Assembly (NCBI GenBank): GCA_039187775.1
Contig: JBCCZL010000001.1
Span: forward strand, 1 to 62,496
DNA length: 62,496 nt
Reading direction: 5' to 3'
DNA from: Myxococcota bacterium
GTDB taxonomy: Bacteria > Myxococcota_A > Polyangia > Polyangiales > JBCCZL01
Below the pieces are notes generated by a model. That model was given only the letters and a program-made list of their open reading frames with translations. It was not told the origin of the DNA and did no database searches. This document shows positions 28,303 through 36,296 of this stretch, piece by piece. Position 1 is the stretch's first letter, and the number at the start of each line of letters is the position of its first letter. The translations under genes and the position numbers were made by a program.

Positions 28303-28559
28303 TCAGGCTTCCTCCGTGCGATGTGGCATCCGCTAAGCCGCCGTCGCGCTGGTCCACTCCCCGTACGTCGGAGGCCCACCGGAAACCGGTCAAAGAAAAA
28401 CTATCGATTCCCCACGCCGATGGTGCGTTTGCCGTCCGAGCTTACACAAACCAGATTCGCGCTCAGCTCAGACGCCACGCCGCCAGTGGATCCTACTAAG
28501 GAGAAGGAGCGGTGTAAGGGACCCCTTCCCATCGAGATTCGTCCCAGCGCTCGAGCACG

Positions 28560-28967
28560 ATGTCCCGGAGCGTCGAATCGGCACGTCGACAGTGTACGTG
28601 CGAAAGAGGTTCGGTGGAGCACTTCCCACCTGAGAACTTCATCGACCTCCCGCGAGACGACGGGAGCTTGGTCGACGCATGCGTTTGCGCCCGTCGCTGT
28701 AGTCGCGCGCGCTCGTGCAATGCCGAACCCGCGACTGGGTTCCCCACGGTTTGCGCCTGGTTTCCAGAGCGCCGGGGTGAGGATGGAGAGCTTCTCCTCC
28801 CGTTGGCAGGCGCCTGTCTCATCGAGTGCAGTGTTGACCGGGATTGCCCCGAGGATTGGATCTGCATTCCGACGGAGGAGTTTGTAGGGTTTCGGCTGCT
28901 TCAGACGCCGCCGGGTCGCATTCCGGTCGAGTTTCCTCAGGCCTGTGTTTATACCGGACCTCTTTGA
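28560..28967 (+). CDS. cysteine-rich ORF without a signal peptide; possibly a gene remnant
   Basis: The C-terminal half (GACLIECSVDRDCPEDWICIP) looks protein-like. An in-frame stop at 28515 excludes an upstream signal peptide. Lies in a lower-GC spacer with competing ORFs on both strands. Confidence 0.2.
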   Translation: MSRSVESARRQCTCERGSVEHFPPENFIDLPRDDGSLVDACVCARRCSRARSCNAEPATGFPTVCAWFPERRGEDGELLLPLAGACLIECSVDRDCPEDWICIPTEEFVGFRLLQTPPGRIPVEFPQACVYTGPL

Positions 28968-29040
28968 GAAGAGGGCGAAGTGAGCCTTGGGCCGGGTCGA
29001 ACTTTGCGGCTCCCGGCCGGTCGTTTCACTGCGATGTGAG

Positions 29041-29085
29041 CCATCCTCCTTCGCGCGCTCCGGTATCAGAGTAGTGATGCCTGGC
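29041..29085. repeat. 45-nt dispersed repeat, copy 1 (CCATCCTCCTTCGCGCGCTCCGGTATCAGAGTAGTGATGCCTGGC)
   Basis: Matches 33863-33907 with one mismatch (position 10, T versus C), in the same orientation. Confidence 0.9.
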
Positions 29086-29482
29086 ACCGGGCCCAGGTTC
29101 CCTGGAGACGGCATGGGTTGGCCGGCGATACTGCGGAAGCGTCGCTCCGCGTCATTCGACGCTCAGGACGACTGTTTCGTGCGCGAGTTTTGGTGACGGA
29201 CGGAGCTTGACCTGGTTGCTGGGTTCGCAACGAGGGCCGAAGTTCGGGACTCGCTAGGCCGCGAGCAGGTCGAGTACCGGGGGACTTTGTCGACCATCTT
29301 GCGTGGGTGAGCGCAACGACCAGGCGCTTTGTCGTGGCGTCGAGGTTTGCCTTTCTTACCGGTTCCCCGACGCTTCCTCGCTTTTCTTACCGCGTTTCTT
29401 GTTGGAGTACGGTGTCAGAAAGAAGCGTTCCTGATGGCACCGAACAGTTACGAACACGAGCTTATGGCTGGCCCAGCGAATC

Positions 29483-29720
29483 GGATACATGCCCCCTTAT
29501 CGGCACGGCGTTCCGCCAGTTGCGTGAGATGAAACCCTCATTGGTCCGAGACTTGAGCAGGCGCGAGGCTGGCGGATACATGCCTCCTTATCGGCACGGC
29601 ATTGCGCCAGTCGCGTGACTGAAACCCTCATTGGTCTGAGACGTGAGCAGCCGGAGGCGGAGAGTCGCGTGACTGAAACCCTCATTGGTCTGAGACGTGA
29701 GCAGCCGGAGGCGGAGGTGG
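29483..29720. repeat. tandem repeat block: 91-nt unit twice, then an extra copy of about 53 nt carrying CCCTCATTGGTCYGAGACKTGAGCAG
   Basis: Units begin GGATACATGCC at 29483 and 29574. GTCGCGTGACTGAAACCCTCATTGGTCTGAGACGTGAGCAGCCGGAGGCGGAG occurs twice back to back. The core recurs at 33917-33987. Confidence 0.85.
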
Positions 29721-30089
29721 ACGAATGCCCTAGGCTCTCCAGCTGTCGTTTCAGGTCATCACGATTCCCGACTCGGACCGATCTTCGCGACGGCCAGTGC
29801 CAAGAGGTCGGCAAAGCAACCTGCCAGTCGACGCACCGACACGACATCGGCGACCAGCCTGAACCATTCGCCAGCACGAATGCCCAAGAAACGTACACGT
29901 CGTTGAGAAACGTCGATGGCGAGCCAGAAGTCGCCTTCGCTTCCCCGGCACGTGCTCTTCGCGAACACGGAAAGCGGCAACAAGCTCGAAGGGTCTTGCT
30001 CCTACGTACGAAGCGAACGGGGGCAAAACCGGCAGTTCCCATGACCAGCGAGGTCTGAGCTATGCTTGAAGAATCGCCGTGAAGAAACG

Positions 30090-31568
30090 CTACGGAAAAG
30101 AGCGTCGACGACAAGCGAGCACGAGGGCAACAAGCCACCACAACGATGCCCCAGACGATGCGACAGAACAGCCGCCGCCTCCACCACTTCCTGCGTCGCT
30201 TCCGCCCCCGTCGACGGGGCGCGTTCCAACATCCCGGTCGCCTGCGTCGGTTCCCTCCGCATCCGAAGCTCCCGCGTCGGACGCGCCGGCATCCACGCGT
30301 CCGGCATCCACACCTGCGCCCGGCCGCGAGGGCATCCTCATTCCGACATGCGTCGTCGTTGTGTCGCAGGGACCGTCGCCATCAAATTCGACGGCACCAA
30401 GGTCCGGCATCGCGTCGTCCCGAAGGTTCCCGCAGTAGTCGTCCCGTACGTCACTGCTCGCAGCGCCCAGGTTCACCAACGCGGCGCCTTCGACGAGGCT
30501 GAAGTCGAGGTTCGCCGGGTCGGCAAACCAGGAATCCCAGGCGTCGACCATCTCGAGGTTGTTGGCACGGATGCTCGTCGCGCCGTCGCGGTCGCGGATG
30601 CGTCCGGCGAGGATGTTCCCCTCCACGCGGATGTTGCTCGTCGGCAGAAATCGAACGTCGATCCCCGTCGAGTTGTAGATGGTGTTGTGCAGAATCGCGC
30701 AGGCCGCGCACTCGTTGATGAACACCCCGACATCGGCAGGGCAGTTCGCGATGATGTTGTTTCGCATGATGCCGCCCTGATGCTCGACGGTGCAGTCCGA
30801 GTCCTCGCAGATCGGGTCTGGGTTCGAACCTCCGCCGCCGAAGGAAAGCCCAAGCCGGATCTGCCCGGTGTGGAGCCGCTCGCAGGACACGAGGTTTCGC
30901 TCGATCACTCCGTCGCGGCTGTTGCCCTTGAGGAAAGCCGCATAGCTGATGTTGTTCCCCATGCCCTTCGCGAAATCGTGAATGTAGTTGGCGCGAATGA
31001 CCCAGCGGCGCCCGCCGACGACGTCGATCGGCGTCACCGGGTTGGACGTCATGCGAACGGCCTCGCTGTAGAACTCGTTGCCCTCGACGAGGACGTCGTC
31101 GGGAAAGACACTCTCATCGTCGACGACCGAGCGGTTGGCCTTGATGTGGGCGTTAAAGTTCAGCGCGACGTTGCCCTGCACGACGGTAAAGTCCGCGGCG
31201 CCCACGATGTGCCACGCATGCTCACAGCGCGAGTCGTTGCCGCAGGCCCCTTCGACGGCGAGGTCTTCAAAGCGCCAGTAGGGATGGCTGACGAAAAAGC
31301 CCTCCACGATCCCGGTTGCGTCCGAGAACACGACCGTCGCACCCTCGCCGCGGACGGTCACCGGCATCGCTTCGCTACCGGCCACGGTGGTGTTCAGTCG
31401 ATGGGTCATCAGGTAGCGCCCGCCGCCAAGCACGATCTCGTCCCCGGGCATTGCGTCTTCATACGCCGCGGTGAGCTCCGCTGCATTCGACACGGTGACG
31501 GTTCGCTGCGCGGACACGGAGGTCGTGAGCGTGCTCGCAGCGACAAGTGCAAAAAGAAAAGGGCGCAT
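30090..31568 (-). CDS. secreted right-handed beta-helix protein (polysaccharide-lyase-like) with a MYXO-CTERM-type tail
   Basis: Signal peptide MRPFLFALVAASTLTTSVSA. Beta-helix N-cap pattern SNAAELTAAYEDAMPGDEIVLGGG. C-terminus GGGGGCSVASSGASLWWLVALVLACRRRSFP then stop. Confidence 0.85.
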   Translation of the reverse strand: MRPFLFALVAASTLTTSVSAQRTVTVSNAAELTAAYEDAMPGDEIVLGGGRYLMTHRLNTTVAGSEAMPVTVRGEGATVVFSDATGIVEGFFVSHPYWRFEDLAVEGACGNDSRCEHAWHIVGAADFTVVQGNVALNFNAHIKANRSVVDDESVFPDDVLVEGNEFYSEAVRMTSNPVTPIDVVGGRRWVIRANYIHDFAKGMGNNISYAAFLKGNSRDGVIERNLVSCERLHTGQIRLGLSFGGGGSNPDPICEDSDCTVEHQGGIMRNNIIANCPADVGVFINECAACAILHNTIYNSTGIDVRFLPTSNIRVEGNILAGRIRDRDGATSIRANNLEMVDAWDSWFADPANLDFSLVEGAALVNLGAASSDVRDDYCGNLRDDAMPDLGAVEFDGDGPCDTTTTHVGMRMPSRPGAGVDAGRVDAGASDAGASDAEGTDAGDRDVGTRPVDGGGSDAGSGGGGGCSVASSGASLWWLVALVLACRRRSFP

Positions 31569-31671
31569 ACGAAAACGCTACCGATCTACGATGGATACGA
31601 CAACCGAGGTTGACAGCACAGGTCCACGGGTGCGCCTCGCCCGCTTAATGGTGATTCAGCGACCCGGCGGG

Positions 31672-31998
31672 TCAATGGGCGAGCAACGGCTGCTCGACGG
31701 CCAGCGCGTCCTCGTCGTCGCCGTCGTCGAGCTCGAGGGCTCGCAGCACCTTTTGGCCGCCCAGCTCCGTCGCCTCGGGATTCTGTGTCGCGGTCTTTAG
31801 GTGTCTCGGACCGCGACGGTCCTGAGCAAAATTGAAAGGTGAGCCGAGTAACGGCGCTGACCGAAACCGCCGCATCTCAAGCCATTCGCCGAAGCGCTGT
31901 TCCTGCTCATGCCTCGGATTCTCCAACGAAACGCCTTCTCTACCCTGCTCAAAAGGCGAGAGTGAGCCGCGACCAGTCCGATGGCTACGTTCGATCAA
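31672..31998 (-). CDS. possible small acidic protein
   Basis: Only the 3' third has native GC3 style (ELGGQKVLRALELDDGDDEDALAVEQPLLAH). The 5' part is lower in GC and Arg/Glu-rich. Confidence 0.2.
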   Translation of the reverse strand: MIERSHRTGRGSLSPFEQGREGVSLENPRHEQEQRFGEWLEMRRFRSAPLLGSPFNFAQDRRGPRHLKTATQNPEATELGGQKVLRALELDDGDDEDALAVEQPLLAH

Positions 31999-32059
31999 CT
32001 GGTGAACGACGGGAGAGCAGGTGAACGAGATGCACGCCTGCGGCCCGGAGCTTTACGAA

Positions 32060-32079
32060 CGGGAGATACGGGTCTCCCG
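32060..32079 (-). terminator. candidate hairpin downstream of the esterase gene
   Basis: CGGGAGA-TACGGG-TCTCCCG, a 7-bp stem about 70 nt past the stop at 32149. No clear U-tract follows. Confidence 0.2.
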
Positions 32080-32148
32080 GCTCCAGACTGCCTCCGCGGA
32101 GGTTCCAAGCGATTGCGCCCGTCCGGGCGATTGACACGCCCGTGACGG

Positions 32149-33771
32149 CTATTGGACCGAGTCCCAGAAGTCGCACTGGGTTGCGCGGAATCCAGTCGAC
32201 GACGCCCACGGGATGGCGACGACCGCGACCTCGTCTGCCGCCGACGAATAGGCGGGCCAGTCGTCTTGGCCGCTGGCGTTTGGGTCGCCGATGTGTGCAA
32301 ATCGCACGAAGCTGCTGAGCATCTTGTCGCTGAGCATTACTTCCTCCGGGGACCATTGGATCCCGGTGGCATTGCCAAACACCAGCGGTATATCGAAACC
32401 GTGGGCTGCGGCTGCACCGGTTAGGCGTGAGTCGCTGTACCGATGGCCGAGCACGTAGCGATAAACTGGCTGCACCGATTCGGCAGCGCGGGCTAGGCGC
32501 CGCACGGAGCAATGATGGACGGCATCGCCCTGCGCGGCGATGATCGCCAGGCGAGTGGAGCCGCCGTAGTCCGACGCGGGGTAGGCCGCCACCACGCGGT
32601 CGGCGAGAGCATCTCCGAACAGGCTCGCCATCCAAGCCCGTGACTCCGCCTCGGTCACCCCTGCGGGAACCGGCAGAAGCCGCGAGTACTCCTCGGCCGT
32701 CGTTCCAATCATCAACGGCACCGCGTTTTGGGCGCCTCGCGCATAGATGTCTCGGGGCGGCTCTGGAAGAAACCAACCGTCGACCTCCACATAGAAGTCG
32801 ACTCGTTCGGGGTGCAGCGGGGCACCGCTTTGGGGTCCGCGGGCCAGCCACTCCATGGGAGCAGAGCGAAGGCAGTCGACCGGATCGGGCGCGATGTCGC
32901 AGTCGATCGATGCGAGGACCGCGTCAGTCACCCGCGCCGAAACTGCCGCGTCGTTTGAATGGCAACCGCCTGGACTCATGAAGACGGCGCGATGAAACAA
33001 CCCTGCCGTCTGGGGAGATGCGACGAGGGCGCAGCTGTTGTCGCCGCCCGCCGATTGACCGAAGATCGTCACATTGTTGGGGTCGCCGCCAAACGCCGCG
33101 ATGTTCGACTGAACCCACTCGAGCGCGGCGCGAAGATCCATGAGGCCCCAGTTGCCCGTCGCGCCCAGCGGATTGTCGTCGGCGAAATCGGGATGGGACA
33201 GGAACCCCAGGGCACCGAGGCGATACTGCACCGATACGAAGACCACATCGCCCTGCGTCGCCAGGTTTTGGCCATCGTAGATCTCCCCTTCGAACCAGCC
33301 GGCCTGGCCTGTGCTGCCGAGCCGGTTGTCGCCGCCGTGGATCCAGACCATCACCGGACGCGGTGAAGCCTCCGCCGCAGGCTCCCAAACGTTGAGGTGC
33401 AGACAGTCCTCTTCGCCCAGCACTTCCTGCGAACTCATGTCTGGCCACTGTGCGCAAGGTGGACCAAAGGCGGTTGCCTCGCGCGTGCCCTCCCACGCGG
33501 CGGGCGGTTGTGGAGGGCGAAACCGGAGCTGTCCGACCGGGGGAGCCGCAAACGGAATCCCTCGAAACACATAGGCCCCGCCTTCGCGCTGCCCGCGTAT
33601 GACCCCGGTTTCCAGTCGGCGCTCGTCCTCGGCAAGCGGCTGGGCGTCGACGACAACATCGTTCGCGGTGTCCTGGCCGCCGTCCGATGCTGCCGCGTCT
33701 GTGGAAGGGTCGTCCGCACCACAACCCGGCCCGAAAACCGCCAGCGCGAAGAAGAGGATACGCCCCATCAT
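32149..33771 (-). CDS. type-B carboxylesterase/lipase-family lipoprotein
   Basis: MMGRILFFALAVFGPGC lipobox. VMVWIHGGD oxyanion motif. GNWGLMDLRAALEWVQSNIAAFGGDPNNVTIFGQSAGG nucleophile elbow. Confidence 0.9.
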   Translation of the reverse strand: MMGRILFFALAVFGPGCGADDPSTDAAASDGGQDTANDVVVDAQPLAEDERRLETGVIRGQREGGAYVFRGIPFAAPPVGQLRFRPPQPPAAWEGTREATAFGPPCAQWPDMSSQEVLGEEDCLHLNVWEPAAEASPRPVMVWIHGGDNRLGSTGQAGWFEGEIYDGQNLATQGDVVFVSVQYRLGALGFLSHPDFADDNPLGATGNWGLMDLRAALEWVQSNIAAFGGDPNNVTIFGQSAGGDNSCALVASPQTAGLFHRAVFMSPGGCHSNDAAVSARVTDAVLASIDCDIAPDPVDCLRSAPMEWLARGPQSGAPLHPERVDFYVEVDGWFLPEPPRDIYARGAQNAVPLMIGTTAEEYSRLLPVPAGVTEAESRAWMASLFGDALADRVVAAYPASDYGGSTRLAIIAAQGDAVHHCSVRRLARAAESVQPVYRYVLGHRYSDSRLTGAAAAHGFDIPLVFGNATGIQWSPEEVMLSDKMLSSFVRFAHIGDPNASGQDDWPAYSSAADEVAVVAIPWASSTGFRATQCDFWDSVQ

Positions 33772-33800
33772 CTGACATTAGCAGCCCAAAGGAGCGCCAT
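33768..33800 (-). promoter_or_regulatory. candidate 10-codon leader uORF (MALLWAANVR) coupled to the esterase start
   Basis: ATG 33800..33798 is preceded by GGAGG plus 6 nt. Its TGA (33770..33768) overlaps both esterase ATG codons (AGATGATGG). The esterase start has no SD of its own. Confidence 0.3.
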
Positions 33801-33881
33801 GCCAATCCTCCCTCACGCGTTCCATCCTCCCTCACGGGCTCCATCATCCTCCCTCGCGCGCTCCATCCTCCCTCGCGCGCT
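33801..33881. repeat. four tandem 19-22-nt repeats (CCATCCTCCCTCRCGNGCT)
   Basis: Units at 33801-21, 33822-40, 33841-62 and 33863-81. On the esterase coding strand each reads ...GAGGGAGGAT(G/T)G. Confidence 0.85.
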
Positions 33882-33907
33882 CCGGTATCAGAGTAGTGAT
33901 GCCTGGC
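33863..33907. repeat. 45-nt dispersed repeat, copy 2
   Basis: Matches 29041-29085 at 44 of 45 positions. Its left part is the last unit of the tandem array. Confidence 0.9.
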
Positions 33908-33916
33908 CATGGGCTG

Positions 33917-33987
33917 CCCTCATTGGTCTGAGACTTGAGCAGCCGGAGGCTGAGACTGGAGACTTGAGCAGCCGGAGGCTGAGACTG
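33917..33987. repeat. CCCTCATTGGTCTGAGAC core followed by a 29-nt unit (GAGACTTGAGCAGCCGGAGGCTGAGACTG) twice
   Basis: Read directly. Same core as the three copies at 29534-29716. Confidence 0.85.
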
Positions 33988-34189
33988 GTGCTCGCCACGA
34001 TCAGAGCGCCTTTTCATTAATTCTGGTACCAGCAGTTGGATATCGCCGGCTGCTCCGCACGGCGGTAGTCTGGCACCCGTTCACTCGCAGCTGCACGGCT
34101 TTGAGGAGCCATATGGAGCCATCGCGGAAACGTAGGCTGACTGAGCTCGCGGCACTCTAGGTGGTCCTGCGCCGAGCATGGCGAGTAGT

Positions 34190-34201
34190 TGACCTAGGTC
34201 A
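34190..34201. promoter_or_regulatory. 12-bp perfect palindrome TGACCTAGGTCA upstream of a TetR gene
   Basis: Read directly. Lies about 80 nt upstream of GTG 34281. Confidence 0.3.
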
Positions 34202-34280
34202 GCGCGTCCTCCGAGACGCGCGGGAACGGCTGCTCTCGTCTCGGAGCCGTGCTACGTTGGGCGCCCGATCGGAGAGACGC

Positions 34281-34892
34281 GTGGGCGACGAAGAAACCCA
34301 TCCGACCGACAAGATTCTTACCGCGATTCGGACGATCGTGACGGAGTCGGGGCCGGATGCTGTCACCTACCGCGCCATCGCACAGCTCACTGGGCTAAGC
34401 GTCGGGACGGTCGGGTACTACTTCGGCTCCCGGGGCGACCTGCTCGAGGCGGCTTTGGAGCCTCATCACTCCCGGGTCGCCGACATCGTATCGCCTCTAC
34501 TCGGCACGGCAGACTTCACAGCCGAGCGGGCGGCGCGCGTCGTCGAGGACCTCACCCGCTACGCCTTCGACCATCGGCCCGACATTCGGCTCCGTATGGT
34601 TGCTTGGATCATCGACTGGCAGCTGCCTCCCTCCAGAATGCACCTGGTCACGACTCTGCTGCGTCGTGCTGTGAGGCTCCGGTGGAACGCCTCGTGGACC
34701 GAAACGGAGCGCCGAGTGATCGTGCAGGCCGTGGTCTATGCCGCGCAGCGGTTTGCGGCAATGCGCGACGATGAGCTCGTTGCGCTTCTCGACGCCGAAT
34801 CCGCAGCAGACGCGAGGGACGCCGTCGTCCACTGCCTCGGTAGGCTCTGTACTGTCCTCGTGGGGGGAAAGCTACCAGAGCCCCAGCCTTAG
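34281..34892 (+). CDS. TetR-family transcriptional regulator
   Basis: VTYRAIAQLTGLSVGTVGYYFGSRGDLL HTH. Start trimmed to GTG 34281, preceded by GGAGAG plus 4 nt. The 40 upstream codons are Arg-rich and unconvincing. Confidence 0.8.
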   Translation: MGDEETHPTDKILTAIRTIVTESGPDAVTYRAIAQLTGLSVGTVGYYFGSRGDLLEAALEPHHSRVADIVSPLLGTADFTAERAARVVEDLTRYAFDHRPDIRLRMVAWIIDWQLPPSRMHLVTTLLRRAVRLRWNASWTETERRVIVQAVVYAAQRFAAMRDDELVALLDAESAADARDAVVHCLGRLCTVLVGGKLPEPQP

Positions 34893-35012
34893 GCCTGCGT
34901 CGGACCGCCTCCTCGGGAAGGCCCGATGCCGTGCAGCTGCCGCATTGTGTCCGGCCGCTTGGTTCGAGGCGCCGCCGAACTGCGTCAACCATGGTCGCAT
35001 CATCGGAGAGCG

Positions 35013-35741
35013 TCACGGGTCCATGGTTTCGCAACGCACGAGTCGGCGGCCGCGACGGACCTCCTGGGAGCGCAGCGCGTCCGTGTATCCGCCGCCGTCG
35101 TAGTCCTCGCGAACGTTTATCCAATAGAACCCGCAGCTCCCGTCGGGAGCGACGCCCCCGACCGCGACCCAGCGGGTTCGACCCACGGGCACGCCACTCA
35201 CGCGATGGTGGACGATGTGCCAGTTGGGTGTACGGATGCGGGCCTCCCTCAGTGTGTCCTCCCAGCCAAAACGTTCCGCGAGGGTCTTCGCGTATTCGAG
35301 GACGCGCCGCTCCAGCTCAGGGTCCTCCACCTCGCGCGCGGGCGCGTCTTCGATGACACGCGCCTGGAGCGTGGTGTTGAGGGCCTGGCAGCGCTCGATC
35401 ATCTGCTCGATCGAGAGGGTACCGACGCTGGTCGTCAGTAGCGGTTCGGCACGATCGTAGAGGGGGTCCCCCCCATCGTTGCTCATTTGACCAAGTCGAT
35501 TCGCCGAGGTTTCGCAGCTCTGAGCGGCCTGCGTGCCGTCGTATGCGCGCTCGGCCGAGAGCGCATCCTGAGACGCAAGTGACTGCGCACTCTCGAAACT
35601 CTGGATGGCCTCGCGTCCGAAGCGCGTTTCTTCTGCGGGGGATGCCGTCTCGCCGACGACTGACGAAAGCAGTCCGCAGCCGGTGGCGCTAAGGAGGCAG
35701 GCAAGTGTGATTGACTGTGCAACAGAACGGTGGTGGATCAT
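35013..35741 (-). CDS. hypothetical lipoprotein
   Basis: MIHHRSVAQSITLACLLSATGC has a signal plus lipobox. GGAGA sits 8 nt upstream of the ATG. Confidence 0.65.
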   Translation of the reverse strand: MIHHRSVAQSITLACLLSATGCGLLSSVVGETASPAEETRFGREAIQSFESAQSLASQDALSAERAYDGTQAAQSCETSANRLGQMSNDGGDPLYDRAEPLLTTSVGTLSIEQMIERCQALNTTLQARVIEDAPAREVEDPELERRVLEYAKTLAERFGWEDTLREARIRTPNWHIVHHRVSGVPVGRTRWVAVGGVAPDGSCGFYWINVREDYDGGGYTDALRSQEVRRGRRLVRCETMDP

Positions 35742-35998
35742 CTGATATCTCCAATGCTGAGTCGGAGATACCTACGTGCCGGTGGCGACAGATCCGCCTG
35801 GCATTGTGCCGCCGGCGTCGAACGGCGTTCGAACGTTGGTGAGTCACAAAGAAGTACGAGGACATAGTCTCGTGCGCAGCCTAGCCGTCCAGCGACTCCT
35901 CGCCGAGGCGCGCAAACCAAGAGAGCGGCTGGACTCGTTCGGGTGGGCAGGGAGCTGCTCAGGGCGGACGGAGGCGCGACGTCCGATGCCTCGGCCTC

Positions 35999-36262
35999 GT
36001 GGAAGAAGACGTCGGCCGAGAGCTTGTGCTCAGCCGGGCTCGGCACCTAGTCGTCTTGATGCGTCGGCCAGAAGGGCAGTCGCAGTTCAACACCACGTTG
36101 GAGTCGCAGCACGTCGATGACGACGCGATCCGCGAGCTGGTCTCGTGGGCGTCCGACAATCTAGGTGCGGACCTCTCCGTCGTGTCGATGAGACGCTCGT
36201 TCCACCGCGTGGTCGAAGTCGCGCCAAGCCGCTACCGCCGTGGGTTTACGGCCACCGGGTGA
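35999..36262 (+). pseudogene. possible truncated AraC/GlxA-type HTH fragment
   Basis: VDDDAIRELVSWASDNLGADLSVVS-MRRSFHRVVEVAPSRYRR resembles the start of an AraC HTH with about 8 residues deleted. No ligand domain and no second helix-turn-helix. Confidence 0.25.
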
Positions 36263-36296
36263 TCCGGGGGAAGCCTCATCACCGCGCTTCGTATAC

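Noticed and set aside
29483-29720. Possible CRISPR array, because of direct repeats
   Set aside because: The units are contiguous with no unique spacers, number only two to three, and have no cas genes nearby.
34161-34280. An upstream GTG start for the TetR gene
   Set aside because: The 40 extra codons are Arg-rich (MVLRRAWRVVDLGQRVLRDARERLL...) and would bury the palindrome at 34190-34201 inside the coding sequence. GTG 34281 has a GGAGAG SD.
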